Source: an uncultured Actinomycetota bacterium
GTDB taxonomy: Bacteria; Actinomycetota; Acidimicrobiia; Spongiisociales; UBA5794
DNA: 64,000 nt
Direction of reading: 5' to 3'
NCBI GenBank assembly: GCA_963715255.1
Contig: CAVQRN010000004.1
Span: 11,614 to 75,613, forward strand
Shown here: positions 18,711 to 27,373 of the stretch, piece after piece
Numbering within the stretch: the stretch's first letter is position 1
Layout of the letters: every line of letters begins with the position of its first letter
Program-made: the position numbers and the translations under genes
Notes under the pieces: model-generated
Told to the model about the DNA's origin: nothing
Database searches by the model: none
The model's input: the letters and a program-made list of their open reading frames with translations, nothing else

Positions 18711-19649
18711 TCACGACTCGGCGAGCCAGTCCCCGACGATGGACACGAATCGGTCGGACGCCTCGAGCATCGGGACGTGACCGACGCCGTCCATCTCCAC
18801 GTACTCCCAGGAGGGTCGCTCGGACGCTAGCCATCGTGCAGAGTCGACCGACACGAGGCGATCCTCGACTCCGTGAATGAGCAGCGTCGGGGCGCCGATC
18901 CGATGGATGAGTTTGCGGTAGCGGTGGGGGCGCAGCACGTAGCGGGCGATTGATCGGTCGGCTTCGAGAAACGCCGGGATTGCCCATTCTTGCCCTCGCC
19001 TGCGCCGGTTGGCATCGGAGAGCCGTTCCTCGACCCAATCCGACACGGTCGACGGATCGGCAGTGATCATCTTCAGTGTTTCTGCGGTCTCCTCTTCCGG
19101 AGAGTAGGCGGCCCGGTAGGCCCTGAACGCCGGCACGCCGATGCCGGGAATCAGCGGACCGAGGAGCTTCGTCAGGACCTCGACATCCGGAGGATGTCTG
19201 CGGCTCACGGGTAATGCGGGGTTGACGAGCACGATTCGTTCAACGCGGTCGGCGTGCTCAGCGGCGGCGATGAGGGAGATGAGGCCGCCCATGGAGTTGC
19301 CGATCAACGTTGCGTCTTCGTATCCGAGCAACGGGACCACTTCGGCGACGAGTTCTGCGTTGTCTTCGACGCTTGGCCTTCGGTCCCCGGGTTCGGAGTC
19401 GCCGAAACCGACGAGGTCGATCGCCACGGCATGGCCCGAGTTGGAGAGGTCGGGGCCGACGGCGTCCCAGTTTTCGGTTGAGCCGCCGAGACCGTGGACG
19501 AGAAGGAGCAGCGATCCCGCCCCGCCGTAGTCGGTTATCCGGACGGGTCCCCCGAGGTCGAGCAGCGTGTCGTTCACCGGCACAACGGTACCCGGCTCAG
19601 ATGCCGAGGCCGTCGAGGAGTTCGGCGCGACGGTCGTTGTCGAGACCAC
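18711..19649 (-). CDS. alpha/beta-fold hydrolase
   Basis: 312-aa ORF. HGLGGS oxyanion region, nucleophile elbow GNSMGG, C-terminal GH. The start is uncertain (GTG candidates at 19649, 19583, 19577), since 19649 would overlap the upstream gene end (19597). Confidence 0.8.
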   Translation of the reverse strand: MVSTTTVAPNSSTASASEPGTVVPVNDTLLDLGGPVRITDYGGAGSLLLLVHGLGGSTENWDAVGPDLSNSGHAVAIDLVGFGDSEPGDRRPSVEDNAELVAEVVPLLGYEDATLIGNSMGGLISLIAAAEHADRVERIVLVNPALPVSRRHPPDVEVLTKLLGPLIPGIGVPAFRAYRAAYSPEEETAETLKMITADPSTVSDWVEERLSDANRRRRGQEWAIPAFLEADRSIARYVLRPHRYRKLIHRIGAPTLLIHGVEDRLVSVDSARWLASERPSWEYVEMDGVGHVPMLEASDRFVSIVGDWLAES

Positions 19650-20514
19650 CCTGAATGTAGAACCGGGTGATGCCCAGGTCCGCCAGTTCGGCGAAGCGCT
19701 CGCTCAGTTGGTCATACGTGCCCGTCGGTGTTCGTCGACGCTTGAGCTGTTCGGCGAGCTCATGGATCGTGACTCCGGCTTCCGCTGCGAGCACGCCGAG
19801 ACGATGCTCGAGATCTGACGCAGACGCAGCACCCACGATCTGGCCTACGCTCGAAAGCACCAGGGCGTTTGGATCGCGGCCTACTGCCGCCGCCGCAGTC
19901 CTGGCCCGGTCGATTCGGTCGGCGAGGTCATCTCCAAGGGAGACGTTGAACTCGTCGGCGTATGTCCCCGCAAGCCGGGGGGTCTTCGACGTTCCGCCTC
20001 CACCGACGAGGAGCTTGACCTTGCCGATGGGACGGGGTGAGATCGGGAAGGGCTCGAGCGTGTAGTGCCTTCCCGAGTAGCCGAGGGGCTCGTCCGCCAG
20101 TGCGGCACGGGCGTAGGCCAGGGACTCCTCGAGCAGGTCGAATCGCTCCGACATCGGCGGGTACGGGAGACCGAACACTTCGTGCTCGCGATCCATCCAA
20201 CCTGTTCCGATCCCGAGCGTGAACCGACCACCGGACATCCGATCGATCGTGATTGCCGTCTTCACGAGAACGGCCGGATGACGAAAGGTGATCGGAGAGA
20301 CGAGGACGACGAGTTCGAGATCGGTGGTGTCGCGGGCCAGACCGGCGAGTTGGATCAAGGCATCGGATGCAGGAGTGACCTTGGCTTTCTCTTCGTCGAG
20401 GGCCATGAGGTAGTGGTCGGGGAGGGCGATTGCAGGAAGACCACGGCGTTGCGAGAGTCGCGCAACTCCGAGGACGTCTTCGTAGATGCCGCTGGTCTGA
20501 AACGCGAACTCCAT
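19597..20514 (-). CDS. LLM-class (luciferase-like) flavin/F420-dependent oxidoreductase
   Basis: 305-aa ORF with TIM-barrel LLM signatures (SGGRFTLGIGTGW, EHEVFG). Confidence 0.8.
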   Translation of the reverse strand: MEFAFQTSGIYEDVLGVARLSQRRGLPAIALPDHYLMALDEEKAKVTPASDALIQLAGLARDTTDLELVVLVSPITFRHPAVLVKTAITIDRMSGGRFTLGIGTGWMDREHEVFGLPYPPMSERFDLLEESLAYARAALADEPLGYSGRHYTLEPFPISPRPIGKVKLLVGGGGTSKTPRLAGTYADEFNVSLGDDLADRIDRARTAAAAVGRDPNALVLSSVGQIVGAASASDLEHRLGVLAAEAGVTIHELAEQLKRRRTPTGTYDQLSERFAELADLGITRFYIQGGLDNDRRAELLDGLGI

Positions 20515-20619
20515 GTGATACTCCGCTCTTCCGATTCCGGACCGGCATGGTACGACTGCCGGATCGGCTGAATCACCGGATCTACACGGCGAGGATGGGT
20601 GGCGGAAGGCGTAGTCGGG

Positions 20620-21171
20620 TCAACGGCAAAGGGAGGCGGCAATCCGTGCGTGTTTGGCGAAGTCGAAGGAGCGGTCGAGCACCCACCGGAATGCGAGACC
20701 ATCGAGTGCACCGAGCAACACTTCGGCTCTCGTTGTCCCACGAGCGCGATCAATCGTCCCGTCGGAACGCACCATGGCGTCGGCGAAGCGCTCGACTCGG
20801 CGGACGTGGTGGCGGAGGAACCGCCGGGCAACGGAGTCGTCGCTGCTCCCGGAGACGGCGAGTTGGAGATAGATGCGGGCGAGATCGGACTGGTCGATCA
20901 CGAATCGGATGTAGGCGTCGACAAGGTCGTCGAGGGTTTCCGCGCCGGACTGCTCCGGATCCGGGTCAACGGCCCGGATCGCATCCCGGGCCACCTGCAT
21001 GATGGCCTGTTCCTTCGAGGGGAAGATGTTGTAGAACGACCCGGCCTTCACGCCGGCACGGTCACAGATCGCCTTGAGCGTCGCTGCTTCGATCCCACCT
21101 TCGGCCAGCAGTTCGCGCGTGGCCTCGATGATCCTTGTCTCGGTTCTGATGCCGACCTGATAGCGGGCCAC
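20620..21171 (-). CDS. TetR-family transcriptional regulator
   Basis: C-terminal part of the long track ORF 20620..22452. TetR HTH (RIIEATRELLAEGGIEAATLKAICDRAGVKAGSFYNIFPSKE). GTG 21171 is preceded by ggaggagg. ATG 21195 is an alternative start. Confidence 0.85.
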   Translation of the reverse strand: MARYQVGIRTETRIIEATRELLAEGGIEAATLKAICDRAGVKAGSFYNIFPSKEQAIMQVARDAIRAVDPDPEQSGAETLDDLVDAYIRFVIDQSDLARIYLQLAVSGSSDDSVARRFLRHHVRRVERFADAMVRSDGTIDRARGTTRAEVLLGALDGLAFRWVLDRSFDFAKHARIAASLCR

Positions 21172-21204
21172 TCGGACACCTCCTCCAGCGAGCATACGCC
21201 GATC

Positions 21205-21239
21205 TTGAGTGAGCGCTCCAAAATGGAGTGTATACTCAA
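21205..21239. promoter_or_regulatory. nested imperfect palindromes in the tetR / acyl-CoA dehydrogenase divergent region (candidate TetR operator)
   Basis: TTGAGTgagcgCTCCAA-aa-TGGAGTgtatACTCAA. The outer arms TTGAGT/ACTCAA and inner TCCA/TGGA are symmetric. It contains the perfect 8-mer palindrome GAGCGCTC. Confidence 0.35.
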
Positions 21240-21318
21240 AAAGTCGGACGGCCGGTGGTCCGCCCCGGTCTCGTTCGTTGCCAGGAACACGATGGCGACA
21301 CCAGCAGGGGAGCGAGCA

Positions 21319-23121
21319 ATGAGCCACTACAAGAGCAACCTTCGGGATCTGAAGTTCAACCTGTTCGAGGCCCACGGGATCGATGAGTACCTCGGCACCG
21401 CTCCGTTCGAGGAGATCGACCACGACACCGCCATGGACATGCTGCGGGAAGTCGATCGGCTCGCGACCGAGGACTTTGCCGAGAGCTTCGTAGAGGCCGA
21501 CCGCACGAAACTCAAGCTCGTCGACGGCAACGTCGAGTTGCCGCCTGGCGTCAAGAAGAGCCTCGATGCACTCCACGACGGTGGCTGGCATCTCGTCGGC
21601 GTTCCACCGAGCCTGGGCGGCTTCGGCGCTCCCGAGACGCTCCGCTGGGCGGCCGCAGAACTGTTTGCAGGAGCGAACGCCGCGATCTACCTGTACCCGA
21701 TCGGCGGCTTGATGGCCAGGGTCATCGAAGCGGTCGGTACGCCGGAGCAGGTCGAACGATTCGCAAAGCCGATGGTAGAGCGGAACTGGGGCGCCACGAT
21801 GGTGCTCACCGAAGCCGACGCGGGCTCCGACGTCGGGGCAGGGATCACGAAGGCCATCCACGTCGAAGGTGACAAGTGGCACATCGAGGGTGTGAAGCGG
21901 TTCATCACGTCCGGTGACAATGACTACTACGAGAACATCATCCACCTCGTTCTCGCCAGGCGGCCGGGTGCCGAAGCCGGGACGAAGGGCCTGTCGATGT
22001 TCATCGTCCCGAAGTACCACCTGAATGAGGATGGTTCGATCGGCGAACGCAACGGCGTCGTCACGACGGGCCTCGAGGACAAGATGGGGATTCGCGGATC
22101 GACGACGTGCGAGTTGACCTTCGGCATGGAGGAACCCGCGGTCGGCTACCTCGTCGGTGACGTCCACGAAGGCATCCGGCAGATGTTCCTCATCATCGAG
22201 GACGCCCGCATGTCGATTGGTGTCAAGGCCGCAGCGACACTGTCCACCGGGTACCTGAACGCACTCGAGTACGCCCAGGAGCGGGTCCAATCTGCCGACC
22301 TCACCCAGAGCCGGAACAAGACAGCGCCACGGGTGACGATCATCCACCATCCCGCCGTCAGGCGCATGCTGATGACGCAGAAGGTGCATGCTGAGGGGAT
22401 GCGTGCGATGGCCATATACGCGGCGTGGGTGCTCGATATGGCACATCTCCATCCTGAGGAGGAGTACTGGGCGAAGCTCAACGACCTGCTCCTTCCGCTG
22501 GTGAAGGGGTATTCATCCGAGAAGGCGTACGAGCTGCTGGCCATGTCGCTGCAGGTCCTCGGTGGCTCCGGCTACTCCCGCGACTACCCGATTGAGCAGT
22601 ACATCCGCGATGCAAAGATCGACACGATCTACGAAGGTACGACCGCGATCCAGGGCCTTGACCTCTTCTTCAGGAAGATCGCCAGGGACCAGGGTGCGAC
22701 GCTGATGCGTCTCGGGCAGGACATCCTCGAGACGGTCAAAGGCGGTTCCGAGGAGATGGAAGCTGAGCGCGAACTGCTCGGCACGGCGCTCGAGGACCTT
22801 CAGATGCATGTAGGAGCGCTCGTGGGCTACTCGATGGGTGCCATGCAGGATCCGCCGCAGATCTACAAGACGGGCCTGCACACCACACCGCTGCTCGAGA
22901 GCCTTGCCGAGGTGGTCATCGGCTGGTTGCTGATCCTCCACGCGGACATAGCAATCGAAGCGATGCCCGAGGCAAGCAAGGCCGATCGGGCCTTCTACGA
23001 GGGCAAAGTCGCGTCTGCGCGGTATTTCGCGAAAACGGTGCTGCCGAAGGCGAAGCTGCGTCGCACGCTCGCCGAGACCGAAGACGGCGCACTCATGGAC
23101 CTGGCGGCGGAATCCTTCTGA
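21319..23121 (+). CDS. large acyl-CoA dehydrogenase (FadE-like, about 600 aa)
   Basis: In-frame part of ORF 20599..23121, starting at MSHYKSNLRDLKFNLFEA (ATG 21319). ACAD N-terminal, middle (GSDVGAG...) and C-terminal domains plus a long extra C-terminal helical extension. Confidence 0.9.
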   Translation: MSHYKSNLRDLKFNLFEAHGIDEYLGTAPFEEIDHDTAMDMLREVDRLATEDFAESFVEADRTKLKLVDGNVELPPGVKKSLDALHDGGWHLVGVPPSLGGFGAPETLRWAAAELFAGANAAIYLYPIGGLMARVIEAVGTPEQVERFAKPMVERNWGATMVLTEADAGSDVGAGITKAIHVEGDKWHIEGVKRFITSGDNDYYENIIHLVLARRPGAEAGTKGLSMFIVPKYHLNEDGSIGERNGVVTTGLEDKMGIRGSTTCELTFGMEEPAVGYLVGDVHEGIRQMFLIIEDARMSIGVKAAATLSTGYLNALEYAQERVQSADLTQSRNKTAPRVTIIHHPAVRRMLMTQKVHAEGMRAMAIYAAWVLDMAHLHPEEEYWAKLNDLLLPLVKGYSSEKAYELLAMSLQVLGGSGYSRDYPIEQYIRDAKIDTIYEGTTAIQGLDLFFRKIARDQGATLMRLGQDILETVKGGSEEMEAERELLGTALEDLQMHVGALVGYSMGAMQDPPQIYKTGLHTTPLLESLAEVVIGWLLILHADIAIEAMPEASKADRAFYEGKVASARYFAKTVLPKAKLRRTLAETEDGALMDLAAESF

Positions 23122-23233
23122 GATTGTCGCGCGCTCACGGAGACCACTAGAATTGAGACGGTAGAAATCGCTAGCGGGAACGCGTCGTCGTTCTGCTAGA
23201 TCGTTGACACCGTTGTCAAGAGAAAGGGCTTCC

Positions 23234-23635
23234 ATGCTGCTATTCGCCGAATCCTCAACGCCACTGCTCAACATCTTCTGGTGGATGCTGTGGTTCTTCA
23301 TGTTCGTGATCTGGATCTGGCTGCTGATCGCGATCTTCTCCGACATCTTCCGCAGCGACATATCCGGATTCGGGAAGGCGGCGTGGATCTTCTTCGTCAT
23401 CATCTTGCCGTTCCTCGGTGTACTCGTGTACCTGATCGCCAACGGCAACAAGATGCAGGAACGCTCCATGAAGCAGGCCGCCGACATGCAGCAGGCTCAG
23501 GACAACTACATCAAGAGTGTGGCCGGCAGCGGTGGAAGCACCGCCGATGAGTTGGACAAGTTGTCGAAGCTCCACGATGCGGGCACGCTGACCGATGCGG
23601 AATTCGCCGCACAGAAGGCAAAGCTCCTCGGTTGA
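23234..23635 (+). CDS. small membrane protein: PLDc_N-type transmembrane domain + C-terminal SHOCT domain
   Basis: MLLFAESS... Two Trp/Phe-rich helices (NIFWWMLWFFMFVIWIWLLIAIFSDIF, AAWIFFVIILPFLGVLVYLI), then DELDKLSKLHDAGTLTDAEFAAQKAKLLG, which is a SHOCT-like end. Confidence 0.75.
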   Translation: MLLFAESSTPLLNIFWWMLWFFMFVIWIWLLIAIFSDIFRSDISGFGKAAWIFFVIILPFLGVLVYLIANGNKMQERSMKQAADMQQAQDNYIKSVAGSGGSTADELDKLSKLHDAGTLTDAEFAAQKAKLLG

Positions 23636-23657
23636 GTCGACCAGAACCGTTGAAGAG

Positions 23658-23686
23658 AGAGGGGCTGGACATCGTCCGGCCCCTCT
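23658..23686 (+). terminator. stem-loop after the PLDc_N-SHOCT gene
   Basis: agaggggc-t-ggac-atc-gtcc-g-gcccctct: 8 + 4 bp of pairing, followed by tctc. It starts 23 nt after the stop. Confidence 0.5.
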
Positions 23687-23771
23687 TCTCATGGTGTCCT
23701 GCGAACCCCGGGATCGCAGGTGCGCAGAGGTGCTTCACCGGCACACCGCCCGGACGGCCTACGCTTGCGTC

Positions 23772-24281
23772 ATGACCACCAACGACTTCTACGACCGCAT
23801 CCTCGGCCTTCGTGTCCTTCGTACGTACCGCGATGAACCACTGTCGGACAGTCTGATCGAACGCCTGCTGGAGGCGGCCCGATGGACCGGGAGTAGCAAG
23901 AACCTCCAGAACTGGTCGTTCGTTGTCGTCGACGGCGATCAGAAGGAACGGCTCGCGGCGTGTGGCGACTTCACCGGGCCCCTTCGTGCCGCTCCGAGCG
24001 CATTGGCTCTGGTGGAAGAAGTCGGCGGATACGAGTTCGACACCGGTCGAGTCGCTCAGAATGTGATGCTCGCTGCCGATGCCCTCGGCATCGCCTCGTG
24101 CCCGATCACCCTGCATCGTGACGATGAGGTTGGCGCTGTGCTCGGCCTCCCCGACGGTACTCGGTGTCGTTACGCCATCGCGGTCGGGTACCCGGCGGAT
24201 GATGCTGAACCGGCGAGGTTCGGGGGTCGCAAGCCGATGGATGAGGTCGCCTATCGGAATCGCCACGGTGAACCTTGGTGA
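23772..24281 (+). CDS. nitroreductase-family protein
   Basis: In-frame part of ORF 23595..24281 from MTTNDFYDRILGLRVLRTYRDEPL. Nitroreductase-fold signatures (RWTGSSKNLQNW, GYP). Confidence 0.8.
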   Translation: MTTNDFYDRILGLRVLRTYRDEPLSDSLIERLLEAARWTGSSKNLQNWSFVVVDGDQKERLAACGDFTGPLRAAPSALALVEEVGGYEFDTGRVAQNVMLAADALGIASCPITLHRDDEVGAVLGLPDGTRCRYAIAVGYPADDAEPARFGGRKPMDEVAYRNRHGEPW

Positions 24282-25051
24282 CCATAGGGTCGATCGGCGT
24301 CTTCGACTCGGGGGTTGGCGGACTCAGCATCCTGTCGGAGATACAGGCCCTCCTCCCTATGGCGGACCTTCTGTACGTCGCGGATCAGGCGTACGCACCA
24401 TACGGTGAACGCGGACTCGCTGCGGTACGGGCGCGTGCTTTTGCCATCAGCGAGTACCTGATCGACGCAGGAGCGACCACCGTTGTTGTTGCCTGCAACA
24501 GCGCATCCGCCGCGGCCCTCCACGAGCTCCGGGATCGATTTCCGACCATGTCTTTCGTCGGCATGGAACCGGCAGTCAAACCCGCGGTCGGAGCCACCCA
24601 GCGTGGGACCATCGGCGTGCTCGCCACCGAAGCCACGTTCCAGGGAGAGCTCTTCTCATCGGTTGTCGACCGACATGCCCGCGACGTGGCGGTGGTGGCC
24701 CGGGCCTGCCCGGGGCTTGCAGCGGCGATCGAAGACGGTGACGACGTCGATGGCCTGGTTCACCGATACACCTCAGATGTCGTGGGACGCGGAGCCGACA
24801 CGATCGTGCTCGGCTGCACGCACTACTCGTTCGTTGCCGATGGGATACGGGCTGCGGCAGGCAGCGGGGTCCGTGTTATCGATCCTGCTCCTGCCGTGGC
24901 GCGACAGGTCGCACGAGTGCGAGCCGAACGCGACGGCCCTGGCCCCGGCGGGACCCGCTATCTGACCACGGGTGATCCGGATCGTTTCGCAAAGCAGATA
25001 GCGCGCTTGACGGGTTCGATCCATCCGACATCATCCGTAGAAATCGAGTAG
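24275..25051 (+). CDS. murI: glutamate racemase
   Basis: 258-aa ORF with GVFDSGVGGLS, VVACNSAS and GCTHY motifs, including both catalytic Cys. Confidence 0.92.
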   Translation: MVTIGSIGVFDSGVGGLSILSEIQALLPMADLLYVADQAYAPYGERGLAAVRARAFAISEYLIDAGATTVVVACNSASAAALHELRDRFPTMSFVGMEPAVKPAVGATQRGTIGVLATEATFQGELFSSVVDRHARDVAVVARACPGLAAAIEDGDDVDGLVHRYTSDVVGRGADTIVLGCTHYSFVADGIRAAAGSGVRVIDPAPAVARQVARVRAERDGPGPGGTRYLTTGDPDRFAKQIARLTGSIHPTSSVEIE

Positions 25052-25055
25052 TGAG

Positions 25056-25583
25056 ATGAACAACCGAATCGAGGTTGTGCAGGGCGATATCACGAAACAG
25101 GACGTGGATGCGATCGTCAACGCCGCGAATGCGCATCTGGCCCACGGTGGCGGGGTCGCTGCGGCGATCGCCAAGGCGGGAGGTCCGACGATCGATGCCG
25201 AGTCCCGTGCATGGGTGGACGAGCACGGTCCGGTACAGCCCGGACGAGCTGCCATCACATCGGCAGGGGCAATGGCGGCTCGCTACGTCGTCCACGTCGT
25301 CGGCCCCGTCTACCGGACTGGTCAGGACAACGAGGAGCTACTCACCGATGCGGTTCGGGCTGCGCTCGATGCCGCCGATGGACTCGACGCAACGTCGATA
25401 GCGTTGCCTGCCATCTCCGCCGGGATCTTCGGGTATCCGCCAGACGACGCATGTCGGGTCATTGCACGAGCGGCCGAGTCGTGGATTGAGGATGGGGGAA
25501 GCCTCGAAATGATCCGCCTGGTTGCTTTCGACAACGAGACCGCCGATCACTTCCGATGTGCTCTACGGGCCCAGGGCTCGTAG
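25056..25583 (+). CDS. macro-domain protein (ADP-ribose / O-acetyl-ADP-ribose binding or hydrolase)
   Basis: 175-aa ORF with GDITKQDVDAIVNAAN, GGGVAAAI and PAISAGIFGYP. Confidence 0.9.
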   Translation: MNNRIEVVQGDITKQDVDAIVNAANAHLAHGGGVAAAIAKAGGPTIDAESRAWVDEHGPVQPGRAAITSAGAMAARYVVHVVGPVYRTGQDNEELLTDAVRAALDAADGLDATSIALPAISAGIFGYPPDDACRVIARAAESWIEDGGSLEMIRLVAFDNETADHFRCALRAQGS

Positions 25584-25601
25584 AGCACATCTAACATTGA
25601 T

Positions 25602-26429
25602 GTGATGAAGCCGTCCGTTGCGATTCTTGGAGCGGGATCGATGGGGGAGATCTTCGCGCTCGGACTCATTCGCGCCGGGTGGGAAGCCACCGATCTTTCG
25701 CTTGCGGCCAGGAGACCCGAGCGGATTAGGGAGGCAGAGTTCCGCACTGGCATCGCAACCACGCTCGACCCTGCAGAAGCTGCCGCGGGAAAGCGAGTCG
25801 TCGTCATAGCCGTCAAGCCGAGGGATGTGGTCAGCCTCCTTGCTCAGGTTCGTGACACGATGACCCCGGGTCAGGTGATCGTCTCCCTCGCTGCGGGTGT
25901 CAGGATCGCTTCCTTCGAGGAAGCGTTGCCGGGCATCCCGATCATTCGAGCGATGCCGAACACACCGGCAGCCGTCGACGAAGGGATCACCGCGTACTGC
26001 GGCGGCTCTGACGCCGACGAGTCGGCGCTCGATGACGCTGCCGCTGTTCTCGGTGCGGTGGGCGACACGATTCGACTCTCCGAGGATCTCCTCGACGCTG
26101 TGACCGCCGTCTCGGGAACAGGGCCGGCGTACGTCTTCCTCTTGGCTGAGGCGATGACCGAAGCTGCGATTCGCGAAGGTCTTCCCCATCATGCCGCCGA
26201 GCGCCTCGTTCATCAGACGCTGAAGGGCTCCGGGACGCTGCTCGCCGAATCTGACAAGAGCGCCTTCCGGCTCCGTGGAGAGGTGACCTCACCCGGTGGA
26301 ACGACTGCCGCTGCGATGCATGTGCTCGAAGAGGGTGGATTCAGGGCACTCATGGAGGACGCCATCCAGGCCGCGGCACAACGTTCCCGCGAACTGGGCG
26401 AGCGGGTTCTAGACGACTTCAGAGGATGA
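25602..26429 (+). CDS. proC: pyrroline-5-carboxylate reductase
   Basis: 275-aa ORF with ILGAGSMG, IRAMPNTPA and SPGGTT motifs. Confidence 0.9.
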   Translation: MMKPSVAILGAGSMGEIFALGLIRAGWEATDLSLAARRPERIREAEFRTGIATTLDPAEAAAGKRVVVIAVKPRDVVSLLAQVRDTMTPGQVIVSLAAGVRIASFEEALPGIPIIRAMPNTPAAVDEGITAYCGGSDADESALDDAAAVLGAVGDTIRLSEDLLDAVTAVSGTGPAYVFLLAEAMTEAAIREGLPHHAAERLVHQTLKGSGTLLAESDKSAFRLRGEVTSPGGTTAAAMHVLEEGGFRALMEDAIQAAAQRSRELGERVLDDFRG

Positions 26430-27338
26430 ACGTCGTCGGCCGCACCGTCCTCGCCGTCACCAGCCGTACAAGTGTCCGCAGACTCTTCTCCGAGTCCGCG
26501 GCGGGACGCCGCCTCTCGCTCCGTTTCGTCGCGGGGGAGACGATCGACGAGGCTGCTACCACTGCCTTGACTCTGAACGAGATGGGGGCGCAGGTCTCGC
26601 TCGATCATCTCGGGGAACACGTGACCGACGGGCCGGCTGCCGTCGCTGCTCGTGACGACTACCTCGGATGCCTCGACCGGATCCGCGAGGACGGCCTCGA
26701 CGCCAACATCTCCGTGAAGTTGACCCAACTCGGCCTCGGCCTCGATGACGACCTCGCCGTTGAATCTCTTGGTGCGCTCGCAGCCCGCGCTGCCGCTGCC
26801 GGAACGACCGTGACGATCGACATGGAGGAATCCGAACTTGTCGAGAAGACCGTGTCGGCTTTCACGACGGTTCAGGCTCGGTACGGAAATATCGGCATCG
26901 CCGTCCAGAGCTACCTCTATCGCACCCCCGCCGATCTCGACCGCATCGTTGTGTCCGGAGGCCACGTGCGGCTCTGCAAGGGGGCGTACGCCGAACCGGC
27001 AGAGGTCGCCCATCAGGACAAGGGTCGAGTCGATGCCGCCTTCGACGCGCTCACCCGGCGACTGATGGCGACTCCCGGGATCACACCTGCCATCGCTACC
27101 CACGACGACGAACGGATCAACCTCACGAAACGGCTCGCTGCTAGCCGAGCCGAGCCGTGGGAGTTCCAGATGCTCTACGGCGTCCGGACCAACCTGCAGC
27201 GGTCTCTCGTCGAGGATGGCTACCCACTCCGCGTGTATGTGCCGTACGGGAATGCCTGGTACCCGTATCTCACGCGGCAGGATGGCCGAGCGCCCCTCGA
27301 ACGTGGCGTTCTTCGTCCGAGCGGCAGTGGGGAGGTAG
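26426..27338 (+). CDS. monofunctional proline dehydrogenase, frameshifted near 27278
   Basis: First 283 codons of ORF 26426..28444 are PRODH: VSLDHLGE, ISVKLTQLG, TIDMEES, QMLYGV, YVPYGNAWYPYLTR. Removing one base at cgg-c-agg restores the canonical end RMAERPSNVAFFVRAAVGR* (TAG 27336-27338). As assembled it is fused in-frame to the next gene. Confidence 0.85.
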
Positions 27339-27373
27339 GCGATGACTTCGATGACGGTGAGTACCCTCATTCC

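Noticed and set aside
21203-21240. CTTGAGT ... ACTCAAA half sites that look like the HspR HAIR operator, located in the tetR/acyl-CoA dehydrogenase intergenic region.
   Set aside because: The spacing is 23 nt instead of 7, and the site is 3.7 kb from the heat-shock operon. It is more parsimoniously part of the local TetR operator.
23204-23219. TTGACA-ccgt-TGTCAA upstream of the PLDc_N-SHOCT gene, including a perfect -35 hexamer.
   Set aside because: No acceptable -10 element lies at 16-19 nt spacing (gggctt). It may be an operator, but there is no regulator candidate to link it to. It is mentioned only as context.
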